A DNA stretch of 63,885 nt, counting the filler, from Olpidium bornovanus S191 (lineage: Eukaryota; Fungi; Olpidiomycota): assembly GCA_017911155.1 (NCBI GenBank). It is 31 parts of 31 records of this genome, joined end to end, with 100 filler letters (N's around TTAATTAATTAA, not from the genome) between each part and the next. Parts side by side here need not be neighbours in the genome. Positions count along the whole stretch, not along the records: positions 21,623 to 24,695 come from JAEFCI010011222.1; positions 24,796 to 27,608 come from JAEFCI010010118.1; positions 27,709 to 29,086 come from JAEFCI010009973.1; positions 29,187 to 31,455 come from JAEFCI010005910.1; positions 31,556 to 34,882 come from JAEFCI010012431.1; positions 34,983 to 36,355 come from JAEFCI010002527.1; 25 more parts are not named here. One strand, written 5' to 3'. Below are positions 23,034 to 35,570 of this stretch, one piece after another (position 1 is the first letter of the stretch; the number at the start of each line of letters is the position of its first letter). The position numbers and the translations under genes were made by a program. The notes under the pieces were generated by a model that saw only the letters and a program-made list of their open reading frames with translations, was not told the DNA's origin and ran no database searches.

Positions 23034-24103
23034 ATGGTACTGGCCCCCGCGCGGTTCGCCGCTCCTCTTGCTGCGCGCTCCCTTCCGTCCCCGTCCCCGT
23101 CCCCGTCCCTCCGTGTCGGCCGTCGTCGCCCGCAACGGCCAGAGGACGAGGAGGAGTGGGGCGACGGGCGACGTGGGGGGCGCTTCTTCCGCCCTGACCT
23201 GCGAACCCCGCGCCGTCGACGGTCGTGGTTGATGCGCCTGGGCGACACGTAGAGATAGCCGTAGCGCCCGCCGGGAAAGCCCGGTAGGCCGAGCCCCAAG
23301 CAGAGGACCCGTCGTGAGCGACGCGAACCCACACGTGCACCGCACGGCGCTTGCCGTGTATTTCGCCGCGGAGGACGACCTCAGTGCGGCAGAAAAGGGT
23401 CTTGCTGCAGAACCGGAGTTCGGGAAACGCTGACCTGCGCAAACTTTCCGGTCGTTTCTGGCGTTTTTAGGTCAACGTTCCGAAAACCCGCAACACCTAC
23501 TGCAAGGGCAAGAACTGCCGCAAGCACACCCCTCACAAGGTTTCTCAGTACAAGGCCGGAAAGGCCTCCCTTTCCGCGCAGGGTACGTGTCGCTTGCGTA
23601 TTCCCGTGTTTGGCAGCGTTGTTTGCCGGCGGACTTAGTAGCACACTTGCCTACTTCGTTTGGCTAATTCCGGAAACGACGCTGGAGGCGGCACTGCTTC
23701 CTTTTTAATCGTTTTTCGGGTAAATAGGTAGGCGACGTTACGACCGTAAGCAGTCCGGTTATGGTGGCCAGACGAAGCAGATTTTCCACAAAAAGGCCAA
23801 GACGACAAAGAAGGTCGTCCTGCGCCTTGAGTGCACCGTCTGCAAATACAAAATGCAGGTTCCCCTGAAGCGCTGCAAGGTGTGACTGCGACACGACGGT
23901 TTGCATGCTGTTCTGTGCGCTGCTCGTCCACTGACTCCCAGATTTTCGTTCGACTTTCCCTGCGCAGCACTTTGAGCTCGGTGGTGAAAAGAAGGTAATT
24001 TTTCCCACTGTGTTTCACAAGTTATGCGTACCTTGTTGGCTGGGCAAACTCAACCTTTTTTTCTGTCTACTTGCAGACCAAGGGCGCCGCACTTGTCTTC
24101 TAG
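23034..24103 (+). CDS. RPL42: 60S ribosomal protein eL42 (L42/L44/L36a); join(23034..23036,23471..23582,23728..23879,23968..23994,24077..24103)
   Basis: The five exons total 321 nt (106 aa + stop): [106 protein letters not shown]. Confidence 0.97.
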
Positions 24104-24891
24104 CATACACTGTATAAATCCTCAAATAATACCTGTTCACGACACAACTGGATTTTTAGTTTGCGGCGGGTGATGCAAACATCTGCGCTGTTTTACCTGC
24201 GATGAGGAAAGTTCTCGGTTCTCCGTACATGGGAACACGGCGGTGCTCGAAATTTTTGTTTCTCAAGAGGATGTGGTTGCGGGCGTTTCCTGCCAGTTTG
24301 ATTGTTAAACCCCGTGGCGTCAGTGGTGGTCTACAACCCTCGCTGAATTATAAATATGAAGAGTTGTGCGAAATGATGTCTTGCGTCCGCATCAAAACAT
24401 GGCTTGTTGGTGTTAATTATTGAACGTCACACGCTGCCAGACGACTGGTTTGCAAACGAACGGCTAATGTCGTTTGAGCCGGCAAGTACCTACTGAAGTC
24501 TTCGTCTTTCTGGAACGACCCCGTTAAGTAAAAAAGTCTGCAGTCACCCGCTTCGAAACACCGGTTGGGAATTGCGGCATGGTGCGGCGCACGGAAGGGC
24601 GGTGAAATGGTCTTCACAACAACCAAAGAACCACAAGCAAAGCGGAGGAAGAAGCAAATGGTGTATCAAATGAGAGCACTATATCTGATCACGGANNNNN
24701 NNNNNNNNNNNNNNNNNNNNNNNNNNNNNNNNNNNNNNNTTAATTAATTAANNNNNNNNNNNNNNNNNNNNNNNNNNNNNNNNNNNNNNNNNNNNGATTT
24801 CGGAAAGCGAAACCGTGCTATAGCGAAACCTTCTCCAAACTCTTCCTTACCCCACTTAAACGCAAACAAAAAGAAAGAACAAAAACTCACC

Positions 24892-25542
24892 CCAGAGGGA
24901 ATATAGCGCGGACATGACGCCCATGAACAGTATAAAGTATTTGAGGTAGTACCCGTGCACGTCCGGGTGGTCCAGCTGCGGCACCCACCAGAGGAGGGCG
25001 ATGAGGCCGATGAATCCGAGCGTCACGACCCGGGTGAGCATGTTCCGGGCCCAGTACAGGGTGAACAGCAGGGCGAGCGAGACTAGGATGGAGACCACCT
25101 TCGAAGCGAGGATGTCGAAGCCGGCAAAAACCTTATTTTTTTTTTCGGTTGTTTCGGTCGCGAAAACCGACGCGGGCAGAGGCGAGGGAGAGAAAGGGGA
25201 AAGTAAGAAGGGGCTAAAGAGTGAGCAGACGACGGGCTTTCCAAGAAGGGAGAACCCGGGCCGTATCAAGTTGAGAGAGGCGCGGGCAACCTTCTCCTTT
25301 TTCCTCACCATGACGCCACCGAAGACCGTCGAGCCGATGTACCCGGCGGGCAGCGTCACGCACTGCGTGCCGCCTCGCATGCGGGTCACTCCGCCCTCGT
25401 TGGGATCGACCTCGATGCCTTCGATCTGCGCGCCCGTGCCCTTCCCAGCAGCTTTTTTTTTTTTTTTTTTGTTTCCCCATCGCGCGCGACGAAGGAAAAA
25501 TGGAGAGGGAGGGAGAGAAAGAGAGTCGGTAAAACAACCAAG

Positions 25543-25574
<32 letters not shown>

Positions 25575-26036
25575 AAAAAAAGTCGGCCTCACGGTTGCCC
25601 GCCGAGCCATCCGGAACACCGGCGCGTTTTTCGGGACGTTCAAAAAAAAACACACACACAACACACTCACCGGCATGTCCGAACTCGTGAAACGCGATAG
25701 TCACGAGCTAACGAAACAAAAAGAAAAAAAAAAGGAGAGAAAAAGGCCCCTGGGACGTCAGACGGTGGAAGAGCAACGAATTCGGGATACCAAGAGCGAC
25801 CGATCGCCCGTGTCGGCACTGGCCCCCCCCCCTGGTTCTCCTCTCCTCCCTCCCCCTCCCGCGCCACCCTTGCCCACCTTGAACGGGTACAGCAAGTGCT
25901 GCAGGTACGGCAAGTGCCAGAGCACGCATATGCCGACGACGTACCCGATGATGAAGTGGATGGTCTTCCACTGCTCTGCGGATGGGGCCAATATGCTCTG
26001 GGTCACGGCGTCGGCAGTGGTGGGCAAGGCCGCCAT
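24892..26036 (-). CDS. Peptidase M50B-like membrane metalloprotease (3' truncated)
   Basis: LLYPFK-LVTIAFHEFGHAAAGKGTGAQIEGIEVDPNEGGVTRMRGG...LPAGYIGSTVFG followed by several TM helices; HExGH motif; four exons splice in frame. Confidence 0.88.
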
Positions 26037-26356
26037 GGCTGCCCTCTCTTTCTTTTGGTTGGCTCAAAGAACGCCCCTTTCGACCACGAAAGGGGGGAAG
26101 CGGCAGCTTCAGGTCAAAAAGCTAGAGGTTGAGATGTTCGGGGGGGGGGGGAGGGGCCGGGGGGTGTTCGTCCCCGGAGGAAGAAACCGCCGGCGTTCTC
26201 CATCATTTTCCCGGCGTAATGCTGAGGAGGGGCGCGGGGGATGTTGCGCCACGTGGACGCGGGGAAAATAACCGGAAGTTCCCAGTGAACAAAACAAACT
26301 TTTTCCCGAAAGGAAAAATAAAAAAAAATTACCGAAAAAGAAAATTCTTAGCACTG

Positions 26357-26366
26357 GTCACGTGAC
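26357..26366. promoter_or_regulatory. E-box GTCACGTGAC upstream of the M50B gene
   Basis: 10-bp perfect palindrome about 320 nt upstream of the minus-strand ATG; GC-box GGCCCCGCCCC near 26410. Confidence 0.35.
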
Positions 26367-27910
26367 ACGCCGCGCCCGGGATTTCAGGCCGCCCGCATCC
26401 TCCTCGCGCGGCCCCGCCCCTGCGCACGCGCATTCTTCCCTTTTTCCCCTTCGTCCCGGGCCGATTTTCGTCTGCGGATGAGGAAGGAACAAAAAAGAAA
26501 AACCGTCGTTCTTTTTTTTCATTTTCCCCTCACGAGCTGCGCATCCTTGCCGGCGCGTTTGCCGAATTCGTCAACGCGGCAATTTCGGTCAACTGTAGTG
26601 ATAACGTTTGGCGCTTCTTGTACACCCTTGCCCGTCGTGTTTTCTGGCCTTCTGGAAAAAAAAAGAGGCGGGTCAGCGCGGCCTCATACGCAGCAGGAGA
26701 GTTGTGGGAGAAAGGGAGACGCGCAAAAGAAAGCCTGGATTGCCGGGTTGGCCCCTCAAGCTGCAGAAGAAAACAACCAGTGGCGCATGGGGAGGGGAGC
26801 CCGGTCGCGGGAATGGTTGTTTTCGCGGTTGCGGTTTTTGGTTTTTTTTACCCGAGGTTCTTTCGTCGCCTTGTTCGCCTTCGTCGAGGTTATGCGTCCT
26901 TCTTCGCGCGCGGGGTGGATAACAAAGCGCCCTTGCGCCGCCCCGTGTGATGCTTGTGTAAAGCGGAGACCTCACCCGACCGCATACCTCCGTCCCCACC
27001 CAACCTCCCTTACGCATCTCCACGAGTTTTCTCTTTTTCTTCAAGCACCCTTTTCTTTCGCTCTCTCCCTCGAAGGGTTTTTTTTGTCCCGGAAAGGAGA
27101 GAAACTTGTCAAACGTTTCCAAGCGGTGCTCCCGGGCAACGGTTTCTGCCTCAGCCGATCCGGCTAAGTTTTATTCCAACCAGGCAGTCTAGCAGCCTCA
27201 AAGAGCAATGGTACGAGCGCGACGTTACCCATCTAACTCTACCAAAGTGGATATCTTAAACATCTCGATGCTTTGAGAGAGCCCATTGGATGCACCTAAG
27301 GAATTAAAAAAATCTGCAACTATGTGTGGCTTCATGGTCGCTTCCAATAAGTCGATGCCTTCCTAGTTGATGCGCAACTCGTTCTCCATATTCATTAATC
27401 ATAAATTGCTGGTTCTAGCGGGCGGTTGAGGATTATATTCGGGCCTGACAACAGGTTTCTACCCAACGCAGCAAACAAATCTGAATACATGAATTGACTG
27501 TGGAGGAAAGGAAGCTGATACGTCCGGCATAAAATTTATATTACGCTTGCTCGCGACCGGCAGCCCGCCGGGGGCGGGGAAGAGGGCTGGGCTCCGCCCG
27601 GAGAGAGANNNNNNNNNNNNNNNNNNNNNNNNNNNNNNNNNNNNNNNNNNNNTTAATTAATTAANNNNNNNNNNNNNNNNNNNNNNNNNNNNNNNNNNNN
27701 NNNNNNNNCATGACCCCAGACAAGGAGCGGCGGGACGAGGGGCTCCCGAGATGGGCCTTTCGGTGTTTCTTTGCTTAAGAGGCATGAGGAGGGCGGCCTA
27801 CATGGGGCGTCCCGCTTCAACCGACGCTGCGGGCGGGCGCGCGCGTGTCAGGGAAGCGCCCCGGCTTCCGCCGTTTACCCTGTTGACGGCTTTTGCGGGA
27901 ACGCAATAGG

Positions 27911-27918
27911 TCACGTGA
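27911..27918. promoter_or_regulatory. E-box TCACGTGA upstream of the COX20-like gene
   Basis: About 125 nt upstream of ATG 28043. Confidence 0.35.
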
Positions 27919-28042
27919 TCGGTGTCGCGGAACCGGAACCATAACCACAAAACAAAAATGCGGGGAGACGCCGGAAAAAAAAAAAGAAAAAAAAAACAAA
28001 CGAAACGGCCGTTCCGCGCGCTCCCTCCGCCCCGCGCGCATA

Positions 28043-28941
28043 ATGTCTACGGCCGCACCGCCCTCGGCGCCCGACGGCGACGGCGAGGACCCGCTGGCGA
28101 ACGCGACCGTCTTCAGCGATACCAACCGCGCCTTCAGGGGCTCCCTCTCCAAGGAGGAAATGGAAACGAGGCTCGCGGCCGCGCGCAGCGGGCAGACCCT
28201 GCCGATGCAGGATCAGCCGTCGCTGGGCGAGGTGTTGGGCAAGGTGTACCAGGTTCGCCGGAACGGAGCGCGGAGAGGGGGGAAGGAGGAGGGGGAATAG
28301 AGCGAGAATGGCGTGTTTTCGTGACATTGCGGTGTCGCCCGAAGGCGCGTGCGCCCCAAAACAAAAACAAAACTAAAAGAACTGTTGGCAAGGAATGGGT
28401 TACGGCATGTTTATGTATTTACACGAAAGTGCGACATAATTTCGTTTTCCGCCGCCCCCGTAAACCCCACGTGCTCTTCTCGAACCGCCGAACTAAAAAA
28501 CAAAGGTGTTCCGCAAAGGAGTAAGTTCAATGGCGGTTGCTGCTTGTATTTCTTCTCTCGATTTGAGGGCCTTCCTCCTCTTTCCTTCTCGGCCTTTTTT
28601 TGTCTGATTCGCGCTTTTCCCGCCCTGTCGGCTTGTGTTTCTCGGTAAAAAAAAAGGAATTTACTAGAGTTGAGTGTCTGCGGGAAGCGTACCTATACGG
28701 CATTTCAGTGGGGACTGGGTTGTCGTTCACTTACTATTTCGTGACACGTAAGTTGTTTTGTCGGCTATTGAGCGGGAATGTGTGTGTTTGTTGGGGATGG
28801 GGGATGGGGGGTGCGGGTGCTATATCCGCGCACAAGCCACTGAGGCAGTTCCCGAAACATTCTGGAAACGGGCACAGGACGCGCCCACCCGTCGGTGAAC
28901 ATCTTTTTCAGCTCGTTGATGCTGACGTCGTTCGTGAAATG
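28043..28941 (+). CDS. COX20: Cytochrome c oxidase assembly factor Cox20-like (3' truncated)
   Basis: EFTRVECLREAYLYGISVGTGLSFTYYFVTR and SVNIFFSSLMLTSFVKW resemble the Cox20/FAM36A pattern (Cys, then two TM helices, then Trp). Confidence 0.55.
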
Positions 28942-29268
28942 GTGAGTTTATCGTTTCCCGAACCGCGTGTCTTTGCCGTTCTGGGTGAGCGGCCGCGTGT
29001 GGCAATATTTTTCTCCGGCTAGATTCTTCCGGTTTTTCGCGCGCTACCGGGGCGGGGCGGGGGCCTGGGGCGGACGCCGCGGCGGGNNNNNNNNNNNNNN
29101 NNNNNNNNNNNNNNNNNNNNNNNNNNNNNNTTAATTAATTAANNNNNNNNNNNNNNNNNNNNNNNNNNNNNNNNNNNNNNNNNNNNCGCCTTCCCGACTC
29201 GCCGCCCACTTGTTCCAAATATCCCCACGGGAACAAACATAAAAGAAAAAAAAAAACAAAAAAAAGAG

Positions 29269-29308
<40 letters not shown>

Positions 29309-29926
29309 GATCCAATTTGGGTTTGTGCCGTGCGGCGGGTTTTATTTCGCGTTTTTCTTGGGAGGCCGTTTGCGCACCGTGCGCGTGACGTTTTGTACAA
29401 ACCCCCCCCCACTTGAGCAACTTGCAGTTTAAAAGAGAACCGACTCTCCGGTGTGGTGTGGTTGTTGGACCATCGGGAGGGACCAGGACCGGCGCCATCC
29501 CAGGTGTTTGGCTGCGTAATTACTTACCCCACCGGTTTTGATACGAACGAGATCAGAGGGGTTTATACGTTTCGCAGTTTAAGCGTGCGCAGAGAGAGAG
29601 CGAAATTACGGACAGCCCGGTCGCAGTAGGGGGGGGAGGGGAAGGAGGGGGATCTTTAATTGTCCTCTGGAAAAATGGAGGCAATCCACCCCACACACGG
29701 TAAAGCGGGAAAGCGGCAAAAAAAAAAAATAATAATAATTCTAACGCCTGTAGTGCCCCTTTCTCTCCCCCCTCCATGAAAATAAAATCACGCAAGGAAC
29801 CTCAGTAAAGTAGCTTCCCCCTCCCCCAATTCCCCTTCCTTCTTCCCCCCCCGCCCCCCCCCCCCTCCCCACCTCACCCAAAAAACGCCCACCCGGAAAG
29901 TTTCGCGCGCGAGACAGGCCCCGGCG

Positions 29927-31285
29927 ATGGCTCCCCGCGTGAAGAGAGCGGCCGCGCCGAAAAGGAGGAAGTCGAAGGGCGACGCCCGCACCGACGGCTC
30001 TGATGGAGACGCGTGCGCCGAAGCCGCCGCGGAGTCCGCGGCGAGCGTTTCCCTGAGCTACATGACAGAGCACCTCGGCTGCTCGCCCGTGGACGTCATC
30101 GACGAGATCATCAACATCGCCAACACCAACACGTACATGGCGCTCGCCGGCCTGGCCATCTTTACCGAGGAGCAGTTGGGCGCTGCAGAGGAGCAGAAGA
30201 CGGTGCGGAGAAGCGGGGGGTGGGGGGTGGGGAGGGATAGTTCGTTTTCCGCCACGCTTTATTTGTCTTTCCGGGACGGGCGCAAACTTCTCGACGGCAC
30301 GCCCAGTCGCCCTTCCGCGGGGGCGGGGGTGCTGCCCGGATTGGCTTCTTACAACCGGGATCCTTTTTTTTTCCACTTCCTGAACTAGGGCATGCATCAG
30401 ATCGAGTCGCTCGTGGAGCACAAGCTCGACAAGGCGTTCGATTCGTTCGAAATGTTCGCCATGCGGAACCTCTTTACCTTCCCGGAGGAAGCGGCTCCGC
30501 TTTTGGAGCACTACAAGGTCCATTTTTTTTTTTCTGTCGAGAACCCAGTGTGAATGTTCTTCAGCCATCACGGGTGGCGACGCAGCAATATTCGGGCGGC
30601 CCCTGACGTAGAGCGGAAACCGCAGGGTTGGGATTTCAGCTTGACGGAAGATGACGCTCGGCTGGACAAGGAGATAAGGGAGGTTCAGAAGATGCTATTA
30701 GAGGGAAAGAGGAGGAGTTCTACCAAAACGGTGTTGCCCACGGAAAGGCCGGAGCATGCTTTCCGGAGGGGAGGGCTCTGACGTTTGCTCTGGTATTTCG
30801 AGTTCACGGAATTTAATGAAGAGGTGGATAACGGCTGAGCCTGTCCTTTTCCATGCGGATTTTTCTTTTTGTTTTCGCTCTAGGAGCGGAGAAAGAACCA
30901 CCAACTCAAAAAACACATAAACGCTACGAACACGAAGTTGAAAACGTACGATAGCTGCTGGCGGCAACTGAACTTCATAATGGGCATCGGCAACAGCATC
31001 AGCCAAGGTAGGCGTTTTTCTGACTAGTGTCGTTGGCCAAGACACCTCGGGTAAATGCTTTTATCCTTGTTACTCACCATCGACCCTCCCTTCACCTGCG
31101 CAGACACACATATCTCCACCGCCGTGTCCTCGGTCGCGGTTCTCCTGCGCCACCTCACCGAAGCCGCCAGCACTGCGATTGATTTGTCTAGCCACCCGAT
31201 TTTCACCAAGCAACATTCTTCACCAAAGCAAGAGGTCAAGTGCGAAGAGAGTGATACCGGCTATGAAGAAAAAATGAAAGACTGA
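29927..31285 (+). CDS. MIS12: Kinetochore protein Mis12/Mtw1
   Basis: MTEHLGCSPVDVIDEIINIAN and GMHQIESLVEHKLDKAFDSFEMFAMRNLF match the Mis12 domain; the 3' exon structure is approximate. Confidence 0.85.
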
Positions 31286-31555
31286 GTGCTGCTGAGTTTT
31301 GTGGGATTTTGGGTATCCAGAGGGCCTCCAAGCGAAGGGAAAATCGGGTGGCGATGTTGGTCGATGACGGCGACCAGTCGACGGTTTTTCTTTTCTTTTT
31401 TTTTTTTTTTTTTTTTTTGGGGTGGGTGGAAAAGGGGTGGAGGGGAACGGCGAAANNNNNNNNNNNNNNNNNNNNNNNNNNNNNNNNNNNNNNNNNNNNT
31501 TAATTAATTAANNNNNNNNNNNNNNNNNNNNNNNNNNNNNNNNNNNNNNNNNNNN

Positions 31556-32971
<1,416 letters not shown>

Positions 32972-33046
32972 GGCGAGGGGGGGGGGTAACTCAAGAGCGC
33001 GCGGCGGACGGGGGTGGCTGGGAGAAGAAGGGAGCCTGTTTCCGCC

Positions 33047-33105
<59 letters not shown>

Positions 33106-33639
33106 CCGTCGCCGCTTGCGTGTTGCTGGGTTGCGTGGGTCTGCCGTGTTCTCTCTCCTCTCTCCTCCTCCTTTTCCTGCGGGAAACGCCTCCGGGTTCA
33201 CCGCAGGCTTCGGTCGAGAAAGGCTCCGCGGCAGAAATATTTGCGGCAGGTTTTTATGTGGCAAATGCAAAATGATTTGCGCGCGGGGGAAGGAGGGGGA
33301 GGGGGGTACTCTCACACTGTACAATTCGAGTCCGTTTTTAAGAGGAGCTCCAAAGAGCTTCTGTAGTCCGCCGATCTGCCGGTTTTATATGTAGAGGGAA
33401 GGGGGGAAATCTCGGGGCGAAGTGCGCGCAGTGCTACGGTAGCTCAATAAATTATTCCCTCGTTATTTCTAACCCCCCCCCCCTCACTACGCGCACTAAA
33501 GTCGCCCATGGTCAAGCCAAACTTCGCCATCTTCACTATGCTATCTTTCCCTTTCTGACTCCATGGCGGTTTCTCGTGTGTACTTTTCTCAACCCAGGTA
33601 TGATCCGACATTGATTCATATCCCGGAACTTGGCAAACT

Positions 33640-33830
33640 TTGGACCATTTAGAGGCTTTTTCAGGAGTTCTGCCAGGTTATCAGCTGTGGCAATGCTCTC
33701 AATTGCGACCATGCCTTCTTGCACGCATCGACGCAGATGAAGATACTTGATGTCAATGTGCTTTGAATGTCTTGACATTTTGACGTCCACAGCCAGTTCT
33801 GCCGCGCCAGTGTTATCGATCATAAAAGGA
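33640..33830 (-). mobile_element. Ty1/copia RNase H remnant
   Basis: IDNTGAAELA...SKHIDIKYLHLRRCVQEG...TADNLAELLKKPL...FAKFR. Confidence 0.85.
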
Positions 33831-33954
33831 TGCGCCATGGCAGTGGACGCCTGCGCACCAAGCGGCCGTCGACGCTCTGAAGCAGGCCCTCCCTTCGTCA
33901 CCAGTCCTCCACTACTTCCGTCAAGAGCTCCAGACCGTCGTGCATTTGCGATTG

Positions 33955-34080
33955 GTAGATGGGTTGGCCAGATTGATGAAGGAGGACACGAGCACCTCGT
34001 GCTATATTGGAGCCGCAAAATTCAGAACCGGGAGATGCGCTACTGTGTGTACGAACAAGAGCTACTTGCCTTTGGTAAGG
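33955..34080 (+). mobile_element. Ty3/gypsy RNase H remnant
   Basis: GQIDEGGHEHLVLYWSRKIQNREMRYCVYEQELLAF resembles PIAYxSRKLxxAExNYxxxEKELLAI. Confidence 0.75.
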
Positions 34081-34086
34081 TCCACA

Positions 34087-34590
34087 CTGCAGAGCCGGAG
34101 CCGGAGCGGAGCGGGAGCGGGGCGGCCGGAGGTGGCGCGACGGGCGGACACCGGGCGGCGCTTGGCGGGAGCGAGGCGGTCAGAGGTGGCGCGGCGGGGG
34201 CCCGAAGGCGGTGCAACGGGCGGGCACCGGATGGTGGAAAGGGAAAGCGTGTGTTTTTTTGTTGTTGTGTTCGGGTGAGGGCGAAGCGCGAATTCGCCTG
34301 TGGACGCACTCCCCGGGGAGGGAAGGGTTTCTATCCCCCCCCCCCTCTCCCCCGGGGAAGCCGTCCAGTCCACCGGGGCGGGCGCTTCGATGGGCACATC
34401 AAAGCGAAGTCGTTACAGGCGCTACAAAGAGTGCATGGGTATAAAGTCGGTACGGGCGATACAGGCGCTACGGAGAGCGCGTCGACAGCTGATCCGTCGA
34501 AGAGCATTTCAACGGGCTCTTTGAAGAAAAGCAATAAAGGTGCGGTGTCGAGACAACGGGTATTGAGACGACAGGCAGCACTACCTCTAC
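34087..34590. repeat. Dispersed unclassified repeat, copy 1 (copy 2 at 51012-51399)
   Basis: Colinear similarity from CTGCAGA to CAGGCAGCACTACCTCTAC between two different contigs. Confidence 0.85.
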
Positions 34591-34623
34591 TTCTAACCTT
34601 CATTAAGCAGCACCTCCCCCACC

Positions 34624-34780
34624 AATTATACTGAGACATATGCCCCAGTGATGAAGTTTGGGACTCTACGCTATCTCCAAAGAATGGCTGCATTTCACAA
34701 CTTTTAAGTTGAACAAATGGATGTGGACAGTGCATTTCTCTATGCAGACTTGGTTGGGCCACACATGGGTTGGATTATCC
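34624..34780 (+). mobile_element. Ty1/copia reverse transcriptase remnant
   Basis: NYTETYAPVMKFGTLRYL...FHNF*VEQMDVDSAFLYADL, with an in-frame stop. Confidence 0.85.
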
Positions 34781-35207
34781 CCACGGCTCCAAGGACATCG
34801 GTCACCGAGAGCAAAGGGTATAAATAGACACCATTGCCCAGATGTTGGCTGTTAGAATTAACAGATCCACGCAACCACACTANNNNNNNNNNNNNNNNNN
34901 NNNNNNNNNNNNNNNNNNNNNNNNNNTTAATTAATTAANNNNNNNNNNNNNNNNNNNNNNNNNNNNNNNNNNNNNNNNNNNNCATGACGCGTTAATTGAA
35001 AAGCGTTCTTCCCCAACTGCCAAGTTTTTGTGGAATGCGCACTGGTCCAGCCTCCTGCCAAGTCCTCGAAAGTGACCCCCGGAAGTTGCGCGGATTAGTA
35101 AGGTGATTCACCCAACTCCCCACTTTGTGATTCGAGGGCATTGGCTCTCCGCTAGGGATGCCGGCGCTGCGGAACGCCGCTACCGGTAGACCTGTATCAC
35201 TGTGGAC

Positions 35208-35287
35208 CACGTCGACTTGCTGCGACACCGTGGAACACGTCGACTTGCTGCGACACCGTGGAACACGTCGACTTGCTGCGACACCGT
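35208..35287. repeat. 28-bp tandem repeat, ~2.9 copies
   Basis: CACGTCGACTTGCTGCGACACCGTGGAA at 35208, 35236 and 35264 (last copy truncated). Confidence 0.92.
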
Positions 35288-35570
35288 ACCGGACTAATTC
35301 CAACCAAAACGGCCCCTGTTTGCAGAGCGTTGTACCTGCCTTGCTTGCGTTATTCCATCGCATTCTGCCTGCTGTACGGAAACGGGCAATGGCACGGAAA
35401 GACACCGAGCGAAGATATCGAAACGTCCCTTCCAAAACTGCGCGCCTCTGGACTGTGATAGGCCGAAATCCTGCGCGGCAATCAGCCCTCGATGTTTCAC
35501 AAAGAGGGAGCCGGCAAAAGTTGGAGCGGATTCGCCAAACGCATGCGGGTGTGACTGGCATACGCCCCGG

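Noticed and set aside
23037-23470. Intronic snoRNA in RPL42 intron 1
   Set aside because: No convincing C/D (RTGATGA...CTGA) pair or canonical H (ANANNA) plus ACA arrangement found by eye; an Infernal/snoscan search would be needed.
35208-35287. CRISPR array (28-bp repeats; also the 38-bp and 64-bp direct repeats)
   Set aside because: No unique spacers of regular length, only 2-3 copies, no cas genes, and a eukaryotic context.
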